34,445 bases of DNA, from IMG/VR virus record IMGVR_UViG_2617271086_000002, positions 1-34,445 of that record, one strand, 5' to 3'. The position numbers and the translations under genes are program-made. Origin of the DNA: a virus. Its lineage: Duplodnaviria; Heunggongvirae; Uroviricota; Caudoviricetes. Positions 20,154 through 28,215 of the stretch are shown piece after piece. The notes under the pieces are model-generated. The model worked only from the letters and a program-made list of their open reading frames with translations. It had not been told where the DNA came from and did no database searches. How positions within the stretch are numbered: position 1 is the stretch's first letter; every line of letters starts with the position of its first letter.

Positions 20154-20759
20154 TTAGCCCATCATTTTTCTATACGCCTCTGCAGCCTGCTCCGGCGTTA
20201 AGTTGGTAATTTCTGTTCTGACTGGTCCTCCATCAGCGCCAGTCACTTCATTTTTGACGTTGTCTTTAAACGCCTGAACAGAAACATGACGCCCAAGCAA
20301 CTCAAGGTTTTTAACCTTATCAGGCCATTTGATTTTCTTCAGAAGTGCGGCGCTATCTGCGGATACCATCTCCACGACATCCATTCCTGATAGCGTTGTG
20401 CGCCATACCTTAGGCCAGTCTTTAATCGGCTTCAGTTCGCCATTGGCAAGCAGAATGTCAAGCACGTCCATCTGATCGATTTCAGTCAGCCGTCGCAATA
20501 CATAGGCAGCGTCTATACCTACCTCTTCATTGCGTTCAGCCTTTAGCTCAGCAATGCGATCTGCTATGTCAGGTTTTGACAGGTTCTCGCTACCAGTGGC
20601 GCGAGCAGTTTTCTCGCTGTAACCCGCCCTGATAGCTGCCTGAGTGGCGTTTAAATCTTTTAAATATTCCCTGCAGAACAGTTCCTGCTTAGGTGTGAGC
20701 TGTTTCAAATCACACCTCCGAAACATTGCTCCAATTTCTATGATTAACGATGTCAGCAA
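20154..20759 (-). CDS. Terminase small subunit (TerS). Likely start at an internal ATG near 20726.
   Basis: Roughly 190-201 aa ORF directly upstream of TerL, with an N-terminal HTH-like motif ([25 protein letters not shown]). Confidence 0.7.
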   Translation of the reverse strand: MLTSLIIEIGAMFRRCDLKQLTPKQELFCREYLKDLNATQAAIRAGYSEKTARATGSENLSKPDIADRIAELKAERNEEVGIDAAYVLRRLTEIDQMDVLDILLANGELKPIKDWPKVWRTTLSGMDVVEMVSADSAALLKKIKWPDKVKNLELLGRHVSVQAFKDNVKNEVTGADGGPVRTEITNLTPEQAAEAYRKMMG

Positions 20760-21207
20760 TCATGGTAGTGGATACGCCATATCTCTTTGCTAAAGACCTA
20801 AGCCCATTACCTACACTCCCGCGCACATACTCGCGGCGAATGCAGATGACATCGCACTCTTTTAATTTCGCCATTCCGTTCTTTTCACCTGAACGGTCAG
20901 GGTATGAGTTTCTGCCTCGCCTTGACCTGTCACGATTATTGTCAGCGACAGTACCTATAATCAGATGGTCAGGATTCACGCATGATGGATTATCGCATTT
21001 ATGCCTAACAACCAGGTCCTTGATGCTATCTAGCGAAATTCCGTTAGCTTCGCAGTATGCGATTCGATGTGCGTAGTGCGGCTTTCGTGAAATGTGCTTC
21101 TGCCCATACCCTCGCTTATTTATGTAGCCGGTATAAATCACACACTCTCCGACATACACATCATCCGGATGGGAAAACAGCTCTTGTTTGTCTGTGAGCT
21201 TTGCCAT
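20710..21207 (-). CDS. HNH endonuclease (packaging-associated)
   Basis: 165 aa ORF with an H-N-H / Cys-rich motif (HRIAYCEANG...RHKCDNPSCVNPDHLIIGTVADNNRDR), immediately upstream of TerS. Confidence 0.75.
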   Translation of the reverse strand: MAKLTDKQELFSHPDDVYVGECVIYTGYINKRGYGQKHISRKPHYAHRIAYCEANGISLDSIKDLVVRHKCDNPSCVNPDHLIIGTVADNNRDRSRRGRNSYPDRSGEKNGMAKLKECDVICIRREYVRGSVGNGLRSLAKRYGVSTTMIADIVNHRNWSNVSEV

Positions 21208-21228
21208 TGTTGGCTCCGTTTATCCGTT

Positions 21229-21254
21229 AAAAGGGATATCAGTTAAGTTATCCC
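21229..21254 (-). terminator. Terminator-like stem-loop between the Rha-family gene and the HNH gene
   Basis: Minus strand GGGATA-(10 nt loop)-TATCCC followed by TTTT. The stem and U-tract are modest. Confidence 0.35.
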
Positions 21255-21434
21255 GTGTAGGGTATAAGCCATTGTCGAGACCACTCATTGAATGGCCTCT
21301 GCAATAACCGATGTCTTTCCATCAGTCCGCCACCACAAAGAATCTTTTTTGCCATCAGGCAGGAGGTTCATCTTTCAGTGGCTGCCAGTGTTATTTCCCC
21401 ACTTACTGGCTTGGGTTGTTTCGTGGTACTGCTG

Positions 21435-21977
21435 TTAATTAGTGAGTCCGGGGATTACGGTTTGCCCGTGCTGTTCAAGGCGTTCAATTCTCGCCAGTAG
21501 CTGAGGCTTCTTAATTTTTCCCCAGCGATTTAGCAGGCGACCTGACATGCTGGCAACATCCTTCTCTTTCATGTACTCCAGCATTACGGCATTTCGCTCT
21601 TCTTCAAATTGACGATTACCAACCTGAAGCATGGCGTACATCCAGTTGAATGCGTTGATGTAAGCAATTTTGATACGCATTGCTTCTTTTTTGGTGTAGG
21701 ACATAACCAAAAGCATCAACCCATCCTTGCGGAGACGGTAGAATTTTTGCGGCTTACCATTCTGTAACTCATTGTTTTTATAGCAAAGCTCAAAGTTGAG
21801 CTTTGTATCAAACTCAGGAGGGCAAGCTTCTATGGTTCGTTCAATGTCACGAACCACGTTCTTCGGCAGCTTTCCAAATGCTTTTGCCACCATAAAAGAA
21901 TCTGTAACCGGATCGTTGTTTGCTACAAAAATTAGGTCTCTGAAATCTATATCGTTAACAACGGTTGGGTAGTTCAT
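21435..21977 (-). CDS. Rha-family phage regulatory protein. Start at the internal ATG 21975-21977; the longer track ORF is rejected.
   Basis: 180 aa from MNYPTVVNDIDFRDLIFVANNDPVTDSFMVAKAFGKLPKNVVRDIERTIE..., with an AAGG ribosome-binding site upstream of this ATG. Confidence 0.65.
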   Translation of the reverse strand: MNYPTVVNDIDFRDLIFVANNDPVTDSFMVAKAFGKLPKNVVRDIERTIEACPPEFDTKLNFELCYKNNELQNGKPQKFYRLRKDGLMLLVMSYTKKEAMRIKIAYINAFNWMYAMLQVGNRQFEEERNAVMLEYMKEKDVASMSGRLLNRWGKIKKPQLLARIERLEQHGQTVIPGLTN

Positions 21978-22124
21978 TGCGTCTTTACCTTTTAGAAAGA
22001 TGAGCCTGTTCGCACAGAAAAGCCGTCCCCGAGATGGTCGCCACCATATACGGCAATTCTCAGGCTCAGCTTTCTGAAAGACTCGGGGTTTATATGCGCT
22101 GCGATGCGCGTTTACTGAGGACAC

Positions 22125-22148
22125 AAAAAAGCCCCGCAAATGCGAGGC
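22125..22148 (-). terminator. Rho-independent terminator downstream of Rz
   Basis: Minus strand GCCUCGC-AUUU-GCGGGGC (7 bp stem with one G-U pair) followed by a U6-7 run (plus 22125-22130 aaaaaa). Confidence 0.6.
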
Positions 22149-22322
22149 TAAATCCTGGTGTTTGTGATGACTGTCTCTTATCTCAACGCAGCCCCTTACC
22201 GCGCGCCAGATGCTCAATATCAAGCATCAGCAATGAGATGTTTAATCTGGATTCACTCCAGAAGTGATCACCACCCTGTCTACAGAGCCAGATGTGAAGG
22301 ATGATGAGTAAAATTATCGCTA

Positions 22323-22790
22323 TCATCGAAGGCATTGCGTCCTAATGTATTCCTGAAGCGCTCTCAGTGCTGTTTGGTCGCGGATAATTCCGTCCCGGAT
22401 ACCGAGAACGTTTCGTCCAGCAACTGGAGAGAGTTCGACGGTGGCATCATTGCCCATGCCGGAGGCGCCGGAGGTTTCGGCCGAGGATGGCACAGGGGAT
22501 TTTCCTTTGACGAGCACCCTGCCACCATTATCAAGCTTGCGCCGAAGAGCATCATTTTCAGCTTTCGCATCAGCTAACTCCTTCGTGTATTTAGCATCGA
22601 GTGCATCAGCAGTACGCTGACGCTGCTGCATGTCAGTAATGGTGGCAGTCGCCTGCTTCAGCTCACTGACTTTTTTATCGCGCTGCTCTTTGTAGGCGAT
22701 GGCGTTATCACGGTAGTGATTAACAGCCCATGACAGGCAAACGATGATGCAGATAACCAGAGCGGAGATAATCGCGGTTACTCTTCTCAT
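22323..22790 (-). CDS. Rz: Rz i-spanin
   Basis: 155 aa ORF closely similar to lambda Rz ([31 protein letters not shown]...). ATGA overlap with the R stop. Confidence 0.9.
   Translation of the reverse strand: MRRVTAIISALVICIIVCLSWAVNHYRDNAIAYKEQRDKKVSELKQATATITDMQQRQRTADALDAKYTKELADAKAENDALRRKLDNGGRVLVKGKSPVPSSAETSGASGMGNDATVELSPVAGRNVLGIRDGIIRDQTALRALQEYIRTQCLR
22364..22570 (-). CDS. Rz1: Rz1 o-spanin lipoprotein, embedded in the +1 frame of Rz
   Basis: [21 protein letters not shown]... has a lipobox and a Pro-rich segment, as in lambda Rz1. Confidence 0.8.
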   Translation of the reverse strand: MRKLKMMLFGASLIMVAGCSSKENPLCHPRPKPPAPPAWAMMPPSNSLQLLDETFSVSGTELSATKQH

Positions 22791-23263
22791 ACCTCAATCT
22801 CTCTGACCGTTCCGCCTGCTTCTTTGAATTTTGCAATCAGGCTGTCAACCTTATGCTCGAACTGACCATAACCAGCGCCCGGCAGTGAAGCCCAGATATT
22901 GCTGCAACGGTCGATAGCCTGACGGATATCACCGCGATCAATCATCGACAAAGCGCCACGTTCCTTAATCTGCTGCAATGCCACAGCGTCCTGGCTTTTC
23001 GGAGAGAAATCTTTCAGGCCAAGCTGCTTACGGTAGGCATCCCACCAACGGGAAAGAAGCTGGTAACGTCCGGCTGCTGTTGATTTGAGTTTTGGGTTTA
23101 GCGTGACAAGTTTGCGAGGGTGATCGGAGTAATCAGTGAATAGCTCTCCGCCTACAATGACGTCATAACCATGATTTCTGGTTTTCTGACGTCCGTTATC
23201 TGTTCCCTCTGACCACGCCAGCATATCGAGGAACGCCTTACGTTGATTATTGATTTCCACCAT
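22787..23263 (-). CDS. R: Endolysin (lambda R-type lytic transglycosylase)
   Basis: 158 aa ORF that matches lambda R from memory, apart from a few substitutions ([35 protein letters not shown]...). Confidence 0.95.
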   Translation of the reverse strand: MVEINNQRKAFLDMLAWSEGTDNGRQKTRNHGYDVIVGGELFTDYSDHPRKLVTLNPKLKSTAAGRYQLLSRWWDAYRKQLGLKDFSPKSQDAVALQQIKERGALSMIDRGDIRQAIDRCSNIWASLPGAGYGQFEHKVDSLIAKFKEAGGTVREIEV

Positions 23264-23570
23264 CTTCTACTCCGGCTTTTTTAGCAGCGAAGCGTTTGAT
23301 AAGCGAACCAATCGAGTCAGTACCGATGTAGCCGATAAACACGCTCGTTATATAAGCGAGATTGCTACTTAGTCCGGCGAGGTCGAGAAGATCACGAATG
23401 AACCAGGCGATAATGGCGCACATCGTTGCGTCGATTACTGTTTTTGTAAACGCACCGCCATTATATCTGCCGCGAAGGTACGCCATTGCAAACGCAAGGA
23501 TTGCCCCGATGCCTTGTTCCTTTGCCGCGAGAATGGCGGCTAACAGGTCATTTTTTTCTGGCATCTTCAT
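23247..23570 (-). CDS. S: Holin (lambda S-type, dual-start MKM motif)
   Basis: 107 aa ORF that matches lambda S107 from memory, apart from a few substitutions ([43 protein letters not shown]...). Confidence 0.95.
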   Translation of the reverse strand: MKMPEKNDLLAAILAAKEQGIGAILAFAMAYLRGRYNGGAFTKTVIDATMCAIIAWFIRDLLDLAGLSSNLAYITSVFIGYIGTDSIGSLIKRFAAKKAGVEDGGNQ

Positions 23571-23812
23571 GTCTTACCCCCAATAAGGGGATTTGCTCTA
23601 TTTAATTAGGAATATGGTCGGTTACTGATAGAACAAATCCAGGCTACTGTGTTTAGTAATCAGATTTGTTCGTGACCGATATGCACGGGCAAAACGGCAG
23701 GAGGTTGTTAGGGCAACCTCATGCCACCCGCTTTCACGAAGGTCATGCGTAGAATGCCGCAGCGTAACTATCACTGATGAATTCAGGATAGCCAGTGGCT
23801 ACGGCTCAGTTA

Positions 23813-23888
23813 TGGTGCTGGTTAACGGACTTGAACCGCTACCCATTCGCTTACAAGGCGACTGCTCTACCATTGGAGCTAAACCAGC
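23813..23888 (-). tRNA. tRNA with anticodon UGU (tRNA-Thr), 76 nt including encoded CCA
   Basis: Minus-strand sense sequence GCTGGTTTAGCTCCAATGGTAGAGCAGTCGCCTTGTAAGCGAATGGGTAGCGGTTCAAGTCCGTTAACCAGCACCA. It has a 7 bp acceptor stem, GG in the D-loop, anticodon loop CTTGTAA, T-loop TTCAAGT and a 3' CCA. Confidence 0.7.
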
Positions 23889-23893
23889 ATATT

Positions 23894-23968
23894 TGGCGGG
23901 ACAGCGTGGACTCGAACCACGATAAGAAGGTTAACAGCCTTCCGTAATGACCTTTATACGACTGACCC
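23894..23968 (-). tRNA. tRNA-like gene with anticodon GUU (tRNA-Asn), 75 nt. It has two U-U mismatches and could be a degenerate copy.
   Basis: Minus-strand sense sequence GGGTCAGTCGTATAAAGGTCATTACGGAAGGCTGTTAACCTTCTTATCGTGGTTCGAGTCCACGCTGTCCCGCCA. It has a perfect anticodon stem (GAAGG/CCTTC), loop CTGTTAA, T-arm CGTGG-TTCGAGT-CCACG and CCA; acceptor pair 4-68 and D-stem pair 13-22 are U-U. Confidence 0.5.
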
Positions 23969-24031
23969 AAATAAAAAAAGCCACCGTTGCAACTTAAGAG
24001 TCACTAACGGCAGCTTACCCTCTAATTATGG

Positions 24032-24550
24032 CTAAATGGCTAATTGCATGTCAAGGCTTTTAACGGCAACATGCTTAACTTTCTCAACACGTTTACGCAT
24101 TTTGAAAGCATTTTGCATTGGCTGGTATAAAACAAATAATGACGCTTTCAGGATGTCGTCAATTTCGTTTCTACAGGTTGCCAGTGAAGGTTTTCTCCAT
24201 CCCTCGCCACCACGTCCACACATCTTGCGTGGCTTTGCAGTCGCGTGATAGTAGGATGCAATTGCTCGCTTAGATGAACCATGAGCGTAGTAGCTGAGGA
24301 GGATGCCAAAGGCTTTCTTGTCAATGTACATGACGGAATCGACGACCTGAGAAATCAACATTCCATCATCATCATTGCACATTGGCCTTGTCATAACTCT
24401 TCCCGGCTCTACGCTCTCCATGAACTTCGCTATTACGCTGCTCATGCGCTTTTCCAGACGACCTGAATAAACCCATGCGCCCCACAGTTCAAGCCAGCCA
24501 TTCAGCCACTCGTGCTGCTCTTTGGTGAGGTTTAGTTCTCTTATGCCCAT
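24032..24550 (-). CDS. Q: Late-gene antiterminator Q (Phage_antitermQ-type family)
   Basis: 172 aa ORF in the canonical position between the nin region and the lysis cassette. It carries WGAW and C-N-DDDGMLI motifs recalled for this family. Confidence 0.65.
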   Translation of the reverse strand: MGIRELNLTKEQHEWLNGWLELWGAWVYSGRLEKRMSSVIAKFMESVEPGRVMTRPMCNDDDGMLISQVVDSVMYIDKKAFGILLSYYAHGSSKRAIASYYHATAKPRKMCGRGGEGWRKPSLATCRNEIDDILKASLFVLYQPMQNAFKMRKRVEKVKHVAVKSLDMQLAI

Positions 24551-24735
24551 CGTCTTCCCCTCTTGCCCTGTTTGACCATCAGGACGCCGTTAACTATTAC
24601 GTGACGCTCGCCTTTGCTGTCTCGGTTGTACTTGAGCACTGTTCCTCTTGCGCAGGAAAGCATCCTTGCCACTTCGGTCTGATTGCCTCGTGTCTGGATA
24701 AGAAGCTCTGGTATCGTTTGAATTGTGGCGTTCAT
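24541..24735 (-). CDS. ninH: NinH-like small DNA-binding protein
   Basis: 64 aa ORF similar to lambda NinH (..GNQTEVARMLSCARGTVLKY..). ATGA coupled to rusA. Confidence 0.7.
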   Translation of the reverse strand: MNATIQTIPELLIQTRGNQTEVARMLSCARGTVLKYNRDSKGERHVIVNGVLMVKQGKRGRRWA

Positions 24736-25094
24736 ACGTTCTCCAGTTCGGTGATTTTTATTCCAAGCCGTCCGCCTGGTACTTTCACGCCACGAATTAC
24801 GCGAATGTCATCGAATTGCTCGTCGTCTTCCGCAAATCCGGCGTGGATAAGGGAGTCGAGTAAACCTTTCAGGATGTTGTCGAGGTCGCGGCGGCGGGAG
24901 TCTGGAACGTCTGCGATGACTTTGATGCGGAGTCGTGATTTGGTGAAAATGTCTAACTTAAGTTGGCGGATGATTTGCTGAACGTCTTTTCGGTATTTCT
25001 GGCCTTTATCGCTGATGTAGTATTGGCTTCCCCGTCTTCGCCAGTAGGTATTCACCGACGGCGGGTATGGAAGCACAAACTGATATTCGTTCAT
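24732..25094 (-). CDS. rusA: RusA Holliday-junction resolvase
   Basis: 120 aa ORF with RusA motifs (..LPYPPSVNTYW...DVPDSRRRDLDNILKGLLDSL..). Confidence 0.85.
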   Translation of the reverse strand: MNEYQFVLPYPPSVNTYWRRRGSQYYISDKGQKYRKDVQQIIRQLKLDIFTKSRLRIKVIADVPDSRRRDLDNILKGLLDSLIHAGFAEDDEQFDDIRVIRGVKVPGGRLGIKITELENV

Positions 25095-25381
25095 GACTTA
25101 ATCTTCCCCTCCTTCAGCAGTATCGCCTGCGTCCTGATCACGCCTTCGAGGTGGTAAAGCCTGGCGTCTTTGTTGTCGAGATTATGGGTGCGTCGGTCGA
25201 TTTCATCGTGACACGCGCTACAAGCCCATGCGCCGATCAGGTCGTCAGGCTTCATTCCCGTTCCGCAAATTCCAGCCATCCGGTAATGTGCCAGAACTGT
25301 AGTTTCAGGGTTGCCATTGCATACGCCGTAAATACGTACCTGGCATTCTCTGCCGCGTGCTTCTTTGCGTAGGTTAGCCAT
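25091..25381 (-). CDS. YbcO-like (DUF1364) Cys-rich putative nuclease
   Basis: 96 aa ORF closely resembling the DLP12 YbcO pattern (MANLRKEARGRECQVRIYGVCNGNPETTVLAH...CSACHDEIDRR). Confidence 0.65.
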   Translation of the reverse strand: MANLRKEARGRECQVRIYGVCNGNPETTVLAHYRMAGICGTGMKPDDLIGAWACSACHDEIDRRTHNLDNKDARLYHLEGVIRTQAILLKEGKIKS

Positions 25382-26103
25382 TAAGCAGCCTCCCCGGTTA
25401 CTTTCAGCATTCCGTTATCGAGAAGCTTTCTGGTCAGCCACTGTTGACCACGCCCGGTGATTTTTGTGGTGAACGATATCTGTATCCCGTGATTTGTGTT
25501 GACCGCTGTTTCTTTCACTGTGAAATAGCCGCGATCCATATATTCCTGCATTGGCACATTGCGCCGGGAACCTGAAGCAATAAGGATTTTGTGATCGCGC
25601 ATCCACGCAAACAGTTTGTTTGGACCAATTCCAACAACCTTTGCAAAGTTTCCAATCAAAATTCCGCTGGCCTCGCCAACGCGATCGGCAAACTCAACTT
25701 TAGGTGCGGCAATTGCGAGCTGGTTTTCCAGTTGCATTTTCTGCTCAGCAAGATCAGCAGCAAGGCGCAACGCTTCCGGTAGCGTTTTGGGGATATTAAC
25801 CGCAGCTTCTTCAAGCTCTCGCCAGCGGTCAACAAGGCGGGCGGTGAACTCTGGCGACAACTGGGCAACAACAACAATACTGTCTCGCTTACCTTGTTCG
25901 CCTTCGAAGACGTAATGCTCGTACTGAACATTGAACCCTAAGTTATTGATTCTTCCGGAAACCTCAATTTGAGGAAGCCGGATAACACCATTTTTAGCCA
26001 GCGTTTCGATGGTACGTTTCACATTGTCATGACGCTTACCCACCAACTCAGCGATTTCAATGCTTGTCATTTTGATGGCATTGCCATTTATTAACTCATT
26101 CAT
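25381..26103 (-). CDS. Antirepressor-like protein (Rha-type N-terminal domain plus KilA-C / Ant C-terminal domain)
   Basis: 240 aa ORF. The N-terminus (MTSIEIAELVGKRHDNVKRTIETL) is Rha-like and the C-terminus (..LFAWMRDHKILIASGSRRNVPMQEYMDRGYFTVKE..) is KilAC-like. Its ATG overlaps the ninF stop. Confidence 0.65.
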   Translation of the reverse strand: MNELINGNAIKMTSIEIAELVGKRHDNVKRTIETLAKNGVIRLPQIEVSGRINNLGFNVQYEHYVFEGEQGKRDSIVVVAQLSPEFTARLVDRWRELEEAAVNIPKTLPEALRLAADLAEQKMQLENQLAIAAPKVEFADRVGEASGILIGNFAKVVGIGPNKLFAWMRDHKILIASGSRRNVPMQEYMDRGYFTVKETAVNTNHGIQISFTTKITGRGQQWLTRKLLDNGMLKVTGEAA

Positions 26104-26272
26104 CGTCTTCTTCCTCGTACATTGAGCTATTCGGATCGCTCATCAGTTCTGCGCAGCAATCGGAGCACACGTGAACTTCCAGCACATGCAGCTTCTGACC
26201 GCAGTTAGCGCACGTTAAAGCTCGCTCGACGCTTTCTTTCTGGTATTGAAGGGATTGGGATGGGCTAAGCAT
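26096..26272 (-). CDS. ninF: NinF (58 aa; below the ORF-track cutoff)
   Basis: Manual translation gives [58 protein letters not shown], which fits lambda NinF. It is coupled at both ends. Confidence 0.7.
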   Translation of the reverse strand: MLSPSQSLQYQKESVERALTCANCGQKLHVLEVHVCSDCCAELMSDPNSSMYEEEDDE

Positions 26273-26630
26273 TATTGGCGTCCTGCATCATGAGAAAGAC
26301 AATCATGGCGGCGCGGAGTGGGTTTTCATCTTGAGTCATATGATATGGGGTACTATCACTGCCAACTTTTCTATGCGCTGCCTTCCATAATCCATTTTCT
26401 GGCGCTGGAATAATGCCAATTCTGTTCTCTACGATAATCGGCTCTGCGTCTGATGGGCTTTTATAGTAATCAACCGTTTTTATTGCATAACCAGTTTCGT
26501 CATCCCACTCAACACCAACGATTGATGTTCCCAACTTTGCGATTTCGCAATCTTCGGGAGCAAATCCACAGCAAATTGCCACTCGCTTGTTAATTTCAAA
26601 ATCACTTAACTGTGAATAATCCATTGTCAT
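26265..26630 (-). CDS. Nin-region protein (NinX / DUF2591-like, putative). Start at the ATG overlapping the ninE stop.
   Basis: About 121 aa ([34 protein letters not shown]...). ATGA-type overlap at 26627-26630. Confidence 0.5.
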   Translation of the reverse strand: MTMDYSQLSDFEINKRVAICCGFAPEDCEIAKLGTSIVGVEWDDETGYAIKTVDYYKSPSDAEPIIVENRIGIIPAPENGLWKAAHRKVGSDSTPYHMTQDENPLRAAMIVFLMMQDANNA

Positions 26631-26803
26631 TTCCTCGCACGATGTCTTAGCCACCGGATATCCCACAGGTGAGCCGTGTAATTGAAGGTTTTTACGTCAG
26701 ATTCTTTTGGGATTGGCTTGCGTTTATTTCTGGAGCGTTTCGTTGGAAGGCATTTGCAGTTTTCGCAGATTATGTCGGTGAAACTTCGTCGCTGTCGTCT
26801 CAT
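26627..26803 (-). CDS. ninE: NinE
   Basis: [58 protein letters not shown] resembles lambda NinE. ATGA overlap with ninB. Confidence 0.7.
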   Translation of the reverse strand: MRRQRRSFTDIICENCKCLPTKRSRNKRKPIPKESDVKTFNYTAHLWDIRWLRHRARK

Positions 26804-27210
26804 TCGTACCTCCTGTCGGTAAATCTGACACCCTGACCAATAGCCCATGCTGTTGTGTACTCGATCAGACTTGCCATACGCTTCACGCTCATCTGCGCGC
26901 TGCTTTCGCGAATGTTGACGTATTCGCCTTCAAGGCCGGGTAAAACATCAGCTTCCTGTTTTGTTGCCACTGCATGACCGCTGATCAACAAAACCTTCCA
27001 TTGTTCTGGTTTTAGCCATTTATCGCACCATTGAACCTGACGAGCGATATCCGCCAGCATCGCGTGAAATTTTGCGTTCTGGTCAAGGTTGCGCTTGTAG
27101 TCAGTAATGCGGATGGTGACTGGCTTGTCTTTATCGAGTGGTGTTGCGAGGATGGCATTTATTGCGGCTTGCTGTTGTTGCTTAGTTCGGAGGAAGATTG
27201 TTTGCTTCAT
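26800..27210 (-). CDS. ninB: NinB (Orf-family recombination mediator)
   Basis: 136 aa ORF with a NinB-like pattern (..[22 protein letters not shown]..) at the start of the nin block. Confidence 0.7.
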   Translation of the reverse strand: MKQTIFLRTKQQQQAAINAILATPLDKDKPVTIRITDYKRNLDQNAKFHAMLADIARQVQWCDKWLKPEQWKVLLISGHAVATKQEADVLPGLEGEYVNIRESSAQMSVKRMASLIEYTTAWAIGQGVRFTDRRYE

Positions 27211-27212
27211 CG

Positions 27213-27551
27213 TTACTCCTTCACTTTGACTCCAGCAGCGCGGATGTTTTCCTCATAAGCATCCATTGCATCACCGAAGCCATTGGAATAATCAACAGTA
27301 AACCCTTTGGCTAATGCTTCTCTGCTGTCGATAAACTTTGGCGCGGTTATTTCAATAGCTGCTCGCGATGCCTGCCATAAAGCCCACCACTCATTTAAGG
27401 AGTGACGAATATCCATGCTTGAAAATGCGAAGTACCTATCACCATTTCTTGCCTCGGTTATCATCTCGAATGGTAATCTCAATTTTTTGGCAACGTATTC
27501 CTCAAACTGCTTTCTTGATTCGCCCATATCAATCCCCGTTAGTCGTTTCAC
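27213..27551 (-). CDS. Hypothetical early protein
   Basis: 112 aa ORF co-oriented between the replication and nin genes. Confidence 0.4.
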   Translation of the reverse strand: MKRLTGIDMGESRKQFEEYVAKKLRLPFEMITEARNGDRYFAFSSMDIRHSLNEWWALWQASRAAIEITAPKFIDSREALAKGFTVDYSNGFGDAMDAYEENIRAAGVKVKE

Positions 27552-27744
27552 TCACGAATCTGACAAAACCAGCCATGTTAATTTGCATGAGTTTTTTCAA
27601 CACTTTGTCTCGCCGGCTACGTTTTGGTTTTGGCCTGTGGTTGAATCTTTCACAAACTGGAAGGCTTGATGATTTCCAGTACCTATTACGCCTTGCTCCA
27701 TCTTCCGCCATATCGGCATGAATAAGGTCTGCGAGTGTGCTCAT
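27529..27744 (-). CDS. Hypothetical small basic protein. Start at the ATG at 27742-27744, which has a GGAGAGG ribosome-binding site.
   Basis: 71 aa ORF with a Lys/Arg-rich centre. Confidence 0.35.
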   Translation of the reverse strand: MSTLADLIHADMAEDGARRNRYWKSSSLPVCERFNHRPKPKRSRRDKVLKKLMQINMAGFVRFVSETTNGD

Positions 27745-27758
27745 ATTCACCTCTCCAG

Positions 27759-27941
27759 TTACATTGGTTTTGTAATGTTGCTAGTCATCTTACGAATAAA
27801 AAAATGCGTACGTAGCTTTGCTTCCCACATGTAAATCTCCTCAAGGCGAGATAAATCTACGAATACCGGACCTTTGTAATCTGGTCTTGATGCCCTTATG
27901 TATGAGCTAATAGTTTGTGCATCTTGCTCGTCAAGATTCAT
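27759..27941 (-). CDS. Hypothetical small protein
   Basis: 60 aa ORF, co-oriented and tightly packed. Confidence 0.3.
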   Translation of the reverse strand: MNLDEQDAQTISSYIRASRPDYKGPVFVDLSRLEEIYMWEAKLRTHFFIRKMTSNITKPM

Positions 27942-28134
27942 GACTTCCCTCTCTAACAGATTTCAGGTTATTCCACTCCGTTACCGCACTGCGATAATTC
28001 GCGGCCGCCACAGCGGCGTGGTTAGCACAGTAGATTTGGCACACGTTCTCCATGTCGAATATTGTCGGTGATTTTCCGCATTTACATTTTTTGGCACGCG
28101 GTGCGTCTGAACACATTCCGTTAACGGTGTCCAT
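27931..28134 (-). CDS. Hypothetical small Cys-rich (zinc-ribbon-like) protein
   Basis: 67 aa ORF with C-x-C ... C-x3-C spacing. Confidence 0.35.
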   Translation of the reverse strand: MDTVNGMCSDAPRAKKCKCGKSPTIFDMENVCQIYCANHAAVAAANYRSAVTEWNNLKSVREGSHES

Positions 28135-28161
28135 CAGGATCCCCCTCGTTCTTAATCCAAT

Positions 28162-28188
28162 AAAAAAGGGCTACTGTGTAAATAGCCC
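28162..28188 (-). terminator. Rho-independent terminator after the helicase gene (position analogous to lambda tR2)
   Basis: Minus strand GGGCTA-(9 nt loop)-TAGCCC followed by a U6 run (plus 28162-28167 aaaaaa). Confidence 0.55.
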
Positions 28189-28215
28189 CTGTTATTAGCT
28201 CAGTGATGTAGATGG

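Noticed and set aside
21978-22223. N-terminal extension of the Rha ORF (track ORF 21435-22223, beginning MILSIWRAV...)
   Set aside because: The extension has no ribosome-binding site and spans a predicted terminator hairpin. A good AAGG site precedes the internal ATG at 21977, and the Rha-like motif begins there.
22034-22267. Plus-strand 77 aa ORF in the Rz-Rha intergenic region
   Set aside because: No ribosome-binding site, it overlaps the minus-strand terminator, and its composition looks like non-coding sequence.
23571-24031. Possible toxin or other cargo ORF between Q and S
   Set aside because: No ORF of meaningful length on either strand. The interval is accounted for by the two tRNA genes and structured leader sequence.
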